The notes below the pieces were generated by a model. It saw only the letters and a list, made by a program, of their open reading frames with translations, ran no database searches and was not told the origin of the DNA. From an uncultured Candidatus Saccharibacteria bacterium (GTDB lineage: Bacteria; Patescibacteriota; Minisyncoccia; Phycocordibacterales; Phycocordibacteraceae): a stretch of 53,624 bases of DNA. The stretch covers positions 6,796-60,419 of the forward strand of contig CAZFHH010000002.1 of NCBI GenBank assembly GCA_964518755.1, written 5' to 3'. A program made the translations under genes and the position numbers. Of the stretch, positions 1-9,239 are shown piece by piece; position 1 is the first letter of the stretch, and every line of letters starts with the position of its first letter.

Positions 1-83
1 AAGTACATCCGTTGCGCAGTGCGCAGTTTCAGTACGCCATCCTTGCCGACAATTTTTTTCAAAACTTCGAGATACTGTTTCAT
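1..83 (-). CDS. 5' end of a hypothetical protein running off the window (MKQYLEVLKKIVGKDGVLKLRTAQRMY...)
   Basis: ATG at 83 (minus), GGAGG 8 nt upstream, and a sigma70-like promoter further upstream; only 27 codons visible. Confidence 0.5.
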   Translation of the reverse strand, partial: MKQYLEVLKKIVGKDGVLKLRTAQRMY

Positions 84-157
84 TTGTGCGTCCTCCATCC
101 TCCAGGTTCAGTTTTACAAAAGCCAGTGTCTCATACCGTGGTATGTTTCCGTTTGGA

Positions 158-186
158 AATATACCACGGTATATAATGTGCGTCAA
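158..186 (-). promoter_or_regulatory. sigma70-type promoter TTGACG-17-TATATT overlapped by an 18-bp-arm inverted repeat (133-172)
   Basis: Consensus -35, 17-nt spacer, TG-extended -10 on the minus strand. Confidence 0.6.
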
Positions 187-189
187 ACA

Positions 190-221
190 CCCGCCCGTCT
201 GCCACGTGGCAGACGGGCGGG
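190..221. repeat. 32-bp perfect palindrome with no loop
   Basis: CCCGCCCGTCTGCCAC|GTGGCAGACGGGCGGG just downstream of thyX. Confidence 0.95.
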
Positions 222-235
222 CATCCACCAATAAA

Positions 236-1588
236 CTATTTCAGCGTAATATCGTGTGTACCCCGTGCGATATCAAAGCGCCCCGGGTCATCATCAAGAT
301 GAAGCGTTAATCCATCTTTGCCATATTGCGATAAAAGCGCGCCAGCCATTTCAGTCGCACGCTTGCGAAGTGTTGGGTGCACAAACCGCGTTGCGCGCAG
401 TTCCACTAGATATACAAGTGCAGGAATATTTCCGGTGATACGATTTGGAATATTGTATCCCATTGGAATGTAGTATTGAGCAACTTCTTTTGAGATGTTG
501 AGCGCGCCAGTTTCTTTTTCTTGTTGAAGCAGTAGTTCTTCCGCTCTTCTCTCTACATCATCAGGTAATTCTTCCATGTACCATTTTCCAAAACCGTGCG
601 CCATTGTAACAAGTGGCATACGTTGTGTAATCGCTCTGTGTCGCTGGATGTCGCGGAAGGAGCCGAAATCCAATAAAAATTCAAACTGCACCGTTCCACA
701 TTCTGCAATAAAGCGAGGCAATTCTGTTTTTGCATGTCGTGACTGCATAAGAGTGCGATTTTGCGAAAGAAGCTTATGGTCAACAGAATCTTTTGTGAGT
801 TTGAAATCAATCGCCTTCGCCTTTGAAAAATAATTTTCAGTTTTCATCCATGTAGCATTATATACTTCAGTTTCTTTGTAGTGTTTGTGTCCAAAAGAGC
901 TCGGGAATATTTCTTGTAGCGCATGATCAATGCTCTTTGCAATATTTTGCACCTCTGAGAGTGGGTGGTATCGCAAAAGCATCAGCTTATCGGCGGCTTG
1001 TCGCAAATTGGTGTGCCATGCGAGATTCGTTGATGCACCGGAAGGAAGAAACCCGCGCATGATGTCAAAAGCGCGCGCGTTGATTGCTTTTCCATACACC
1101 TTCTCATCTTCACCATCTTGTAGCGGGTATTGTTTTTTGAGTTTTTCTTGAACAGGTGTCATGTTTCTCAGATAAAAGGAGCGCCACTTTTCAAGAATGT
1201 CTTTTGATTCTTTTGATCCAACCGGGTCAATGAATGGTTGTGAAGAGAAATCAATGTAGCGAGTTGAGGATTCTTGCCCTGAGTATAACTGCCAGTCTTG
1301 AATTGCTTTTGCGGCAAGCATAGAAACTCCCTCAATGAATATGGTGCAGCTTCCGCAGTCGCCGATAGATTTGTGCCCATAGCCCACATAAAACGAAGAC
1401 ATAAACTTCTCAACGCCTTTTTCGGTGAGTGTTTCAAGGTGTGCAACAATTCCGCCAATAGAACGCGAATGAAGAGCCTGCAACATTGCTTCCGCCTCAG
1501 GCGTTATGATAGCTCCGGTATCAAGAACCAACACTTTCCCCCCTCCGGAAACGTTGTGCACGGAATGTTTTAGCTTATTGAATGACAT
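236..1588 (-). CDS. thyX: FAD-dependent thymidylate synthase, long two-domain form
   Basis: GYGHKSIGD, QESSTRY and RDIQRHR motifs; 450 aa is about two Thy1 domains; next to tmk. Confidence 0.9.
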   Translation of the reverse strand: MSFNKLKHSVHNVSGGGKVLVLDTGAIITPEAEAMLQALHSRSIGGIVAHLETLTEKGVEKFMSSFYVGYGHKSIGDCGSCTIFIEGVSMLAAKAIQDWQLYSGQESSTRYIDFSSQPFIDPVGSKESKDILEKWRSFYLRNMTPVQEKLKKQYPLQDGEDEKVYGKAINARAFDIMRGFLPSGASTNLAWHTNLRQAADKLMLLRYHPLSEVQNIAKSIDHALQEIFPSSFGHKHYKETEVYNATWMKTENYFSKAKAIDFKLTKDSVDHKLLSQNRTLMQSRHAKTELPRFIAECGTVQFEFLLDFGSFRDIQRHRAITQRMPLVTMAHGFGKWYMEELPDDVERRAEELLLQQEKETGALNISKEVAQYYIPMGYNIPNRITGNIPALVYLVELRATRFVHPTLRKRATEMAGALLSQYGKDGLTLHLDDDPGRFDIARGTHDITLK

Positions 1589-1640
1589 TATATCGTCACG
1601 ATTATTTTATCATACGTCCGTGTGCTAGAGTAATAGTCAT

Positions 1641-2276
1641 ATGGAAGAAAATAAAAAAGGGAGGTTTATAGTGTTTGAGGGTGGCGAAGGTTCAGGTAAA
1701 GATACGAATATTGACCGGCTTAAAAAAGAGTATACGAACAGGGATGATCTTGTTTTTACAAGAGAGCCAGGGGGCACTGTTCTTGGGGAACGTATCCGCG
1801 AGATTTTGTTTGTAAAGGAAGCGTCACCAATGAGTATTAAAGCAGAGCTGATTTTGTTTCTTGCGGCGCGCGCGGAGCTTATTGAAGAAGTTATCGCCCC
1901 GGCGCTTATGGCTGGGAAGACCGTTGTGAGTAATCGCTTCGGTCTTTCGACTGTTGCGTACCAAATTTATGGGCGTGAGCGACAGGAGTATTTGCCATTT
2001 TTACTTTCCATCAGTGAGTTTGTGGTTGGTGAATGGAAACCAGATGCATATATTTTATTGGATGTTTCTCCTGGGATAGGTCTTGAGCGAGTAATGAAAA
2101 GAAAGGGAGAGATTAATCGTTTTGATACTGAGAAGTTGGATTTTCATAAACGTGTACAGGGCGGATATTTAAAACATGTTGGTGATATCGGAATGCCACA
2201 TGTTATTGATGCAAGCCGTAATTTTGGAGAGGTGTACAAAGATGTAAATACTGTGTTTGGGAAATATTATCAATAA
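1641..2276 (+). CDS. tmk: thymidylate kinase
   Basis: FIVFEGGEGSGKDT P-loop, TREPGGT, LFLAARAE, STVAYQ. Confidence 0.97.
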   Translation: MEENKKGRFIVFEGGEGSGKDTNIDRLKKEYTNRDDLVFTREPGGTVLGERIREILFVKEASPMSIKAELILFLAARAELIEEVIAPALMAGKTVVSNRFGLSTVAYQIYGRERQEYLPFLLSISEFVVGEWKPDAYILLDVSPGIGLERVMKRKGEINRFDTEKLDFHKRVQGGYLKHVGDIGMPHVIDASRNFGEVYKDVNTVFGKYYQ

Positions 2277-2284
2277 ACATACAG

Positions 2285-2318
2285 CCCGCCATGTGGCACT
2301 AGTGTGTCACATGGCGGG
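2285..2318. repeat. palindrome, 15-bp arms, 4-nt loop
   Basis: CCCGCCATGTGGCAC-TAGT-GTGTCACATGGCGGG, one G.T mismatch. Confidence 0.9.
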
Positions 2319-2369
2319 GCCTGTTCGCTTTTCATTGCACACACCGTTTTTATAGTATACAGTTTACCT

Positions 2370-3461
2370 ATGATAAAGAAGGGGGTGTTACCAAAACAGG
2401 TGCTTAAAAAGCTTTTTGCAAACGGCACCATCACCGGTGTGGATGAAAAATATATCAACCCGGCGTCAATTGATCTCCCTCTTTCCGATGAGGCATATCG
2501 TCTTGAAAGTATCTTTCTTCCGCTGCACACAGAGAAGGTGAGAGACCTTTTACCACTTGTGGGCGCCAGGCCACATAACCTTGCCGAACCACTTGAGGTC
2601 GGCGTACCTTATATTATACGTGTTGAAGGTACGTGGCGATTGCCAAAAACAGTATATGGATATGCAAATCCGAAATCATCATCAGGACGGCTCGGCTTTT
2701 TCTGTAGAACGGTTGCCGACAATGTTGATATGTACGATGCGTTGGTCGAGCCGGGCTGGAAGGGAGAGATGTGGATATTGGCGCGTACGGATTATTTCCC
2801 AGTCATAGTTTCTCCCGGAATTGCATTAGCGCAAATGCGCCTAATTGACAAAAAGACTTTCCTCAGTAAAAAACAAATGGATGTGGAAATAAAAAACGAG
2901 GGCTTGTTTTTTGATGCTAAAGGAAAAAAATTATCATCACAGCAGGTGCGCTGGCAAGCTGAGTCGCCAATGCTTACATTGCGGGTGGACAGCGAGATGG
3001 GGTGGGAGTGTCGAGGGACACGCAAGATATTAAATCTTGGGGAAAATGGACACTATAAGCCGAGTGATTTTTTCAAGCCGGTGCGTGCTACAAAGGGCAG
3101 ATATATTTTACGTAAAGGAAATTTTTATATTTTGGCGACTAAAGAAAGAGTGATGGTGCCACCGCATCTTTCCGCGGAGCTCCGCGCCATTGATCCGCGG
3201 CTTGGAGAGTTTCGTTCGCATGCAGCCGGATATATTGATCCGGGATGGGGATATGGGCGTAATGGTGATGTGCACGGAAGACCGATTACATTGGAGATTA
3301 TTCCGCAAGAAGATTTGCTTGTGCGAGATGGGCAAACTGTTGCTCGTATTCGATATGAGCGGACGAAAGAAATTCCAGAGACAATATACGATTCTGCGGC
3401 ATCTAATTATGTCAGATATGAAGTTGTGGGGCTTTCGAAGCATTTTATAAAGCGTTTTTAA
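2370..3461 (+). CDS. dcd: dCTP deaminase (long DCD family)
   Basis: INPASIDL, ANPKSSSGRL, GEFRSHAAGYIDPGWG motifs; start moved to ATG 2370 because the track start lies in the hairpin. Confidence 0.85.
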   Translation: MIKKGVLPKQVLKKLFANGTITGVDEKYINPASIDLPLSDEAYRLESIFLPLHTEKVRDLLPLVGARPHNLAEPLEVGVPYIIRVEGTWRLPKTVYGYANPKSSSGRLGFFCRTVADNVDMYDALVEPGWKGEMWILARTDYFPVIVSPGIALAQMRLIDKKTFLSKKQMDVEIKNEGLFFDAKGKKLSSQQVRWQAESPMLTLRVDSEMGWECRGTRKILNLGENGHYKPSDFFKPVRATKGRYILRKGNFYILATKERVMVPPHLSAELRAIDPRLGEFRSHAAGYIDPGWGYGRNGDVHGRPITLEIIPQEDLLVRDGQTVARIRYERTKEIPETIYDSAASNYVRYEVVGLSKHFIKRF

Positions 3462-3485
3462 GGCTTGCGGAGATAGTGTTTTAAT

Positions 3486-3531
3486 TTTTCCCCGCGATGG
3501 CGGAGCTGTAGCTCCGCCATCGCGGGGAAAA
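3486..3531. repeat. perfect palindrome, 22-bp arms, 2-nt loop
   Basis: TTTTCCCCGCGATGGCGGAGCT-GT-AGCTCCGCCATCGCGGGGAAAA. Confidence 0.95.
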
Positions 3532-3554
3532 GTATTTTGCGGTATTATATGAAT

Positions 3555-4817
3555 ATGGATTTGGAATTTATAAAACGTGATGACCCGGAAATATATGAGG
3601 CGCTTGTAGGCGAAGATGCTAGAGAGCGCGATGGGCTTGAACTTATTCCGTCAGAAAATTATGTGTCGCGCGCGGTGCATGAAGCGTTGGCATCAGCGCT
3701 TACCAATAAATATGCCGAAGGTTATCCGGGGAAGCGCTATTACGGCGGACAGGAGTTTACGGATGCGGTGGAAGTACTCGCCATTGATCGCGCCAAAAAA
3801 CTTTTTGGCGCGGAGTATGCGAACGTACAGCCTCTTGGAGGAGCCAACGCAAACATCGCAATGTATTTTGCACTTCTCTCGCCGGGCGATACGGTTCTCG
3901 GCATGGATTTGTCACATGGTGGGCATTTGACGCATGGGCACCCCGTGACGTATCTCACCAAGATTTTTAATTTTGTACGCTACGGCATGAAAGATATTGA
4001 AACCGGCGAGATTGATTATGAGCAAATGCTTCGTGTTGCAAAAGAGGTAAAGCCGAAAATAATTCTCGCGGGCTTTTCCGCGTACCCGCGCGAATTGGAC
4101 TATGCGAAGTTTGTGGAGATTGCGCGAGAGGTCGGTGCTTTTTCCGTGATGGACATCGCGCACATTGCCGGGCTCATTGCCGGCGGTGCGGTGAAAAATC
4201 CGTTTGACAGTGGATTTGATATTATGACAACGACGACACACAAAACACTGCGCGGACCGCGCGGAGGAATGATTTTAACACGCGGCAATGCGGAACTTGC
4301 AAAACGTATAGACAAAAGCGTATTTCCGGGGTTGCAGGGCGGTCCGCACATGCACAATATCGCCGCAAAGGCTGTTGCATTTCATGAAGCATTACAGCCA
4401 AGCTTTAAAAAATATGCGTCGCAAATTATTAAAAATGCCGCAGCGATGGCGGAAGTATTCGCAAAACATGGTGCGCGCATGATTACGGGCGGTACGAGCA
4501 ACCATCTTATTTTGCTTGATGTGCAAACGTCGTTTGAAATCTCCGGCGCCGATGCACAGGTACTCCTGGACAGCGCCGGTATTACACTTAATAAAAATGT
4601 GATTGCCAACGATCCGCGCAAACCAATGGACCCGTCGGGCGTTCGTTTCGGTACGCCGGCACTTACTACACGCGGGTTTAGTGAGGCGGATTGCGCGAGA
4701 GTGGCGCAAATAATGATTGAGGTGCTTACAAAGCGCGATGATGATGCTGTTGCGAGGGCGCGCGAGGATGTACACATCCTCGCGCGCCAACATCCCATTC
4801 CGGATTCTTTTTCATAG
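3555..4817 (+). CDS. glyA: serine hydroxymethyltransferase
   Basis: LELIPSEN, NKYAEGYPGKRYYGG, TTTTHKTLRGPRGG (PLP lysine); start may be 3549. Confidence 0.98.
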   Translation: MDLEFIKRDDPEIYEALVGEDARERDGLELIPSENYVSRAVHEALASALTNKYAEGYPGKRYYGGQEFTDAVEVLAIDRAKKLFGAEYANVQPLGGANANIAMYFALLSPGDTVLGMDLSHGGHLTHGHPVTYLTKIFNFVRYGMKDIETGEIDYEQMLRVAKEVKPKIILAGFSAYPRELDYAKFVEIAREVGAFSVMDIAHIAGLIAGGAVKNPFDSGFDIMTTTTHKTLRGPRGGMILTRGNAELAKRIDKSVFPGLQGGPHMHNIAAKAVAFHEALQPSFKKYASQIIKNAAAMAEVFAKHGARMITGGTSNHLILLDVQTSFEISGADAQVLLDSAGITLNKNVIANDPRKPMDPSGVRFGTPALTTRGFSEADCARVAQIMIEVLTKRDDDAVARAREDVHILARQHPIPDSFS

Positions 4818-4834
4818 TCTGATACACTTATGGT

Positions 4835-6274
4835 ATGAGATTTTCAGAAGGATGGCGACAAGAACAGCTACACAAAAAACCGCAGGCAACACGGCAAGAT
4901 GCCCCGGAAAATCCGGGGCGACGAAAGGTGCTAGAGCGCATCATCGGTGGCGCAGTACTTGTTGGTGCCGGAAGTCTTTTGCTTAAAGGAAAGGGAAAGT
5001 TTTCAAAAGAGTCACAAGGCCTCGCCGGGGCACAAAGAGAGGGGGTGGCGAATACATCGCTACCGAAGCCAGCAGAGAAAGAGGGTATGAATGTGCGGTC
5101 TTCCGGTTCCAAAGAAGTCCATGATGAGGTGCGCGAAAAAGAAAAAGGTGCACAGATAGAGGGCGGTCCGTTGGGTGCTTATACATTTCTTCGGCACGAG
5201 TGGCATCCTCAATCGGTAGATATGGGAGAGCTTGCGGGGAATAGATTTTCCGCGCTGTATGCCACATATCTTGGCATACCGGACGGGAGCACTGTTCCGG
5301 AGGTTTTGCGTACTGATTTCAAAGCAAATCTTGCCACGCTTTGGAGAGAAAAATTCGGATTTGACGTGCCCGGGCGCACTGAAGAACAAGAGCGTGCTCA
5401 TCGAGAGCGTTTTTTGGAAAGACACAAGGATCTCATGGATCTTGCCGAACGATTATACCGTTCGTATGAGACAAAAAACACGTGGCGCATGTCGCTTGGT
5501 GAATATACTTTAGAGATAGAGGGCGTTATAAAGGAATCGCACGAGGCATTTATGGGGGCAATGTATTCTCTTCGCGGTAACAATAATTTCTCTCAGCCAC
5601 GTCGTGCACTAATTGAAAAAATGGCAAATCGCATGGGTGCCGACGCCCTTATTGCTTGTTCGCTTACCGAAATCATGCCGTCGGCAAACGGAGAGACAAA
5701 TACGGAAATGCTTGATATCCTTCTGCGCCATGCAGGTGCGGATTTTTTAGATCGTATACCTTCCATACATGATATGCTTCCGTCATTTGGCCCGTATCAA
5801 ATCACCCCGGCTCTTTTTGCTCCAGGAGGAGTGGGAAGTTTTGCGGAGAAGATGGAACAAAAATTGCCAAAAGATTTCTTACCAAACAGTGTTGAAGATG
5901 TGTCCGGAAAAGAACAACACAGAATTGCATACATTATAGCGATTGAGCATATTGTCCAGCTTGCCGGGCATTTTTCTACGCACGAAACAGCGCGAGTACA
6001 CGATATTCTTAACCACACCCCCATTGATATTTTGCACAAAGAAGTGGCGGCGTTTATGGCGGCATCTCATCATCAGCCGGAAGAAGCATACAGGGCGTTT
6101 GTTCATTTCTTGAGTCATAGTCCGCCACCGTCTTCTCCCGCTGTCCTGGCGAATCTTTTGCTGGCGCATATTCATGATAGTGATTTACGTGCGTATACAC
6201 ACAAGGCAATTGCAAACTATAGTTTTTTGACGGAGCCGGGTGCCATTGCAAGCGTAGAAAATGCTGTCGCGTGA
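4835..6274 (+). CDS. membrane-anchored hypothetical protein, possible lysozyme/lytic-transglycosylase-like domain
   Basis: RRKVL plus hydrophobic helix near the N-terminus; TEIMP and SFGPYQITP resemble SLT catalytic Glu and GxxQ motifs. Confidence 0.55.
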   Translation: MRFSEGWRQEQLHKKPQATRQDAPENPGRRKVLERIIGGAVLVGAGSLLLKGKGKFSKESQGLAGAQREGVANTSLPKPAEKEGMNVRSSGSKEVHDEVREKEKGAQIEGGPLGAYTFLRHEWHPQSVDMGELAGNRFSALYATYLGIPDGSTVPEVLRTDFKANLATLWREKFGFDVPGRTEEQERAHRERFLERHKDLMDLAERLYRSYETKNTWRMSLGEYTLEIEGVIKESHEAFMGAMYSLRGNNNFSQPRRALIEKMANRMGADALIACSLTEIMPSANGETNTEMLDILLRHAGADFLDRIPSIHDMLPSFGPYQITPALFAPGGVGSFAEKMEQKLPKDFLPNSVEDVSGKEQHRIAYIIAIEHIVQLAGHFSTHETARVHDILNHTPIDILHKEVAAFMAASHHQPEEAYRAFVHFLSHSPPPSSPAVLANLLLAHIHDSDLRAYTHKAIANYSFLTEPGAIASVENAVA

Positions 6275-6327
6275 GCTCGCGATATTTTCTACAACTATCT
6301 CTGGTATGGTGAGAAAATGGCAATGGC

Positions 6328-6359
6328 ACAAGCGAGTGTGCTTACGCACACTCGCTTGT
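6328..6359. repeat. perfect palindrome, 14-bp arms, TTAC loop
   Basis: ACAAGCGAGTGTGC-TTAC-GCACACTCGCTTGT. Confidence 0.9.
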
Positions 6360-6420
6360 CTGCTTGTAAATAAAAATTCGAAGTTTCTCAGTAGCTGATT
6401 AGTCTGATATACTCGGCAAC

Positions 6421-8136
6421 ATGAAAGAGAGGATTTATACAATGGTTTCTAATGCTCTTGCAAAGCTTGGGGCAGAGGGCATTGAGTTTGCCGTGGAGTA
6501 TCCACCGGATTTATCGCATGGTGATTATGCGATAAATGCAGCAATGGTTGCGGCAAAACGTCTTGGCAAAAGTCCTCTGGAGCTTGCGGGCAGTCTGGCA
6601 CGAATCATTAAAGATGGTATGGGTGATGATGCCACACATGTTTTCGTTGCCGGACCGGGATTTATAAACATATCTTTCTCGGCGTCTTTTTATGAACATG
6701 TTCTTGAGGAAGCTCTTCGTGCAGGCGATGCGTGGGGAAGCACTGCCATGCTCTCCGGCAAGCGTGTCATCATTGAGTACGCAAACCCGAACCCATTCAA
6801 AGAGATGCACATCGGACATCTCATGGGGGCGATTATCGGTGAATCGTTGGCGCGGCTTTTTGAAAATGCCGGTGCACACACCGCTCGAGATACATTTGGC
6901 GGTGATGTCGGCCCACATGTGGCAAAGGCACTATTCGGATTGAAATATGCACACATTTCCACCCCCGCGAGTTCAAAAGAAATCGGCGAGGCATATGTGT
7001 ATGGTTCACGTGCGTATGAAGACAGCACAGATGTGCGTGAGAAAATTGATAAACTAAATGTCACTCTATACAGTGTTCTTGAAAAGCATTTTAAGAATGA
7101 AAAACTTACCACGGATGAACAGGGGCTGTACGAAACATGGGAAGTTGGCAGAAAGGTTTCAGTGGGTGCGTTTGAGGCGTTATACAAAAAACTTGGCATA
7201 CGGTTTGATTATGTTTTCTATGACAGCGATACCGTAGCTACGGGTCTTGAGGTGGTGGAGCGCGGACTTGCAAGCGGTGTGTTTGAAAAAAGTGAAGGAG
7301 CCATTGTGTATCATGGAGAGAAAAAAGGACTGCACACTCTTGTGTTTGTTACTTCGCGCGGTACTCCAACATACGAAACGAAAGACCTTGGGCTTGCAAT
7401 TCTCAAAGAGAAAAAATTTCCATCGGATAAATCAATCATCATTACAGCAAATGAGCAGATAGGGCATTTTAATGTGGTGCTTTCCGCGCTTTCAGAAATA
7501 GAAAATGCGCTTGCAAGAAAAACTGTGCATGTGTCGCACGGGTTTATGCGTCTTACAACGGGCAAGATGTCTTCTCGCCATGGCACCGTCATCACCGCCT
7601 CAGGGCTTATAGACAACGTCATCGCCATTGCAAAAGAAAAAAATGAAGATGATGAGGTGGCAACAAAGGTGGCGATTGGAGCGATTGTGTATATGGTGTT
7701 GCGTCAGTCGCCCGGGGCGGATATTATCTTTGACCCGGAGAAATCTCTTTCACTTGAGGGGGATTCCGGTCCTTATTTGCAATATGCGCTTGTGCGTGCT
7801 CTTTCCGTGTTGCGCACCGCAAGCAAAGACGGGCGCGGTACCTTGCACGCCGATGCCTCGGCATCGGCGTGCAAGGTACCGCGCGAACCACATGACCTTT
7901 TGCGAATACTGGTACAATTTCCGGATGTGGTGGCATACGCACAAGAGCGCCTCGCCCCGAATTTCCTCGTTACATATCTTACAAAGTTGGCGAGCCAATG
8001 GAATACATTTTATGCAAATGAGCGCATTATTGGCGGAGAATATGAAGAATATACATTGCGTATGGTGCGCCTGTTCGCACAAACGATGAGCAAGGGAATG
8101 AAACTCTTGGGCGTGCCGACACTGGAAAAGATGTAG
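6421..8136 (+). CDS. argS: arginine--tRNA ligase
   Basis: HGDYAIN, EYANPNPFKEMHIGH, KMSSR, EGDSGPYLQYA. Confidence 0.97.
   Translation: MKERIYTMVSNALAKLGAEGIEFAVEYPPDLSHGDYAINAAMVAAKRLGKSPLELAGSLARIIKDGMGDDATHVFVAGPGFINISFSASFYEHVLEEALRAGDAWGSTAMLSGKRVIIEYANPNPFKEMHIGHLMGAIIGESLARLFENAGAHTARDTFGGDVGPHVAKALFGLKYAHISTPASSKEIGEAYVYGSRAYEDSTDVREKIDKLNVTLYSVLEKHFKNEKLTTDEQGLYETWEVGRKVSVGAFEALYKKLGIRFDYVFYDSDTVATGLEVVERGLASGVFEKSEGAIVYHGEKKGLHTLVFVTSRGTPTYETKDLGLAILKEKKFPSDKSIIITANEQIGHFNVVLSALSEIENALARKTVHVSHGFMRLTTGKMSSRHGTVITASGLIDNVIAIAKEKNEDDEVATKVAIGAIVYMVLRQSPGADIIFDPEKSLSLEGDSGPYLQYALVRALSVLRTASKDGRGTLHADASASACKVPREPHDLLRILVQFPDVVAYAQERLAPNFLVTYLTKLASQWNTFYANERIIGGEYEEYTLRMVRLFAQTMSKGMKLLGVPTLEKM
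7833..7884. repeat. 52-bp perfect palindrome inside argS
   Basis: GCGCGGTACCTTGCACGCCGATGCC-TC-GGCATCGGCGTGCAAGGTACCGCGC. Confidence 0.95.
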
Positions 8137-8177
8137 TACAGCCCCGCTTTCGCGCGGAGCGCAAAAGCGGGGCTGTA
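8137..8177. repeat. palindrome right after the argS stop, 19-bp arms, GGA loop
   Basis: TACAGCCCCGCTTTCGCGC-GGA-GCGCAAAAGCGGGGCTGTA, one mismatch. Confidence 0.9.
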
Positions 8178-8256
8178 TCAACAAGCGTGTCTGTGGTATG
8201 TTTTATCGTGGATATGCCGAACCGCCGCCATAACAACAGACATGGAAGGAGACGCC

Positions 8257-8541
8257 ATGAAGATTAAAAAAGTTCCCCGGGAGAAGAATGATACAGTGAC
8301 GAAACCCTCACGTAAGGGACTGAGTATTTATGATATGTTTTTGTGCACCATACACAGATACGGCAAGTCTTTATTACCGGACCCGAAAAATGTCATCGGG
8401 TGTTCCGGAATTATGCCGGTGTATATGCACACATATATACATCAATGCCACTTGAGGGAAAGGGGACCGCAGTACCGCCCGGCGCGGCGGAAAAAATTAC
8501 ACCGTAGCCAGTGCTCCGCTTCGGCGCGCAAGCGCCGGTAG
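8257..8541 (+). CDS. small basic hypothetical protein, paralog A
   Basis: AAGGAG SD before ATG 8257; flanks and motifs shared with 8822-9154. Confidence 0.65.
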   Translation: MKIKKVPREKNDTVTKPSRKGLSIYDMFLCTIHRYGKSLLPDPKNVIGCSGIMPVYMHTYIHQCHLRERGPQYRPARRKKLHRSQCSASARKRR

Positions 8542-8564
8542 ATTGCTACAAGCAAATTCCACAC

Positions 8565-8610
8565 CCCGGGCGCGACACAGTCGTGCCCGGGTTTCCTTTT
8601 TCTCTCATAA
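8565..8610 (+). terminator. hairpin plus T-tract, copy 1 of a 46-bp direct repeat
   Basis: CCCGGGCGCGAC-ACA-GTCGTGCCCGGG-TTTCCTTTTT, identical to 9176-9221. Confidence 0.85.
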
Positions 8611-8821
8611 GGTGGGCGTATACAGTATGAGAAAAATATTAAAATTATAGGCTACTTTGTGTACAAAGAATGTACCAGACATCTCCCTATCAATCGGCAT
8701 ATAAAAATTTCACACGGTGACGTGTCTGTGGTATGTTTTACCGTGGGTGTATAAGATGGTTGACTGGTTGACGGTGGATATGCCGAACCGCCGCCATAAT
8801 GATAGGCAAAAAGGAGATGTT

Positions 8822-9154
8822 ATGAGAAAGAATGGAGAGTGCATAAAAGAGACAAAAGGGCAAGGGATCGTAAGGGAGTACTCGGAGATATTTTCCGCTC
8901 TTCACGAAAGGGAGTGGAACGTGAAAGATCTGTTCATTCGCGCGGCACGAAAACATGCACCGCACATGCGTAAGGGGAATATCATGAATGATGTAGAGAT
9001 ATTCCGGTATGCTGACGCGGGTGTCATCCCGAAGTATGTTAGGAAGTATATGGATGTATTGCGACGTGTACGAGAACGTACGATCAGGCGTGAGGTAGCG
9101 AAAAAACTTCCACCGCCATACAGACGCCCGTCTCCGGCGCAAGTGCGCTGGTAG
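8822..9154 (+). CDS. small basic hypothetical protein, paralog B
   Basis: AAGGAG SD before ATG 8822; GVIPKYVRKY and RER..KKL match paralog A GIMPVYMHTY and RER..KKL. Confidence 0.7.
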   Translation: MRKNGECIKETKGQGIVREYSEIFSALHEREWNVKDLFIRAARKHAPHMRKGNIMNDVEIFRYADAGVIPKYVRKYMDVLRRVRERTIRREVAKKLPPPYRRPSPAQVRW

Positions 9155-9175
9155 ACTTACGGCAGAATTTCAAAA

Positions 9176-9221
9176 CCCGGGCGCGACACAGTCGTGCCCG
9201 GGTTTCCTTTTTCTCTCATAA
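9176..9221 (+). terminator. hairpin plus T-tract, copy 2 of the 46-bp direct repeat
   Basis: Identical to 8565-8610. Confidence 0.85.
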
Positions 9222-9239
9222 AGCGCTAATATAAACAAT

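Noticed and set aside
1-83. thyA 5' end (MKQYL...)
   Set aside because: Similarity fades after about 12 residues and the DRTGTGT motif is missing; kept as hypothetical.
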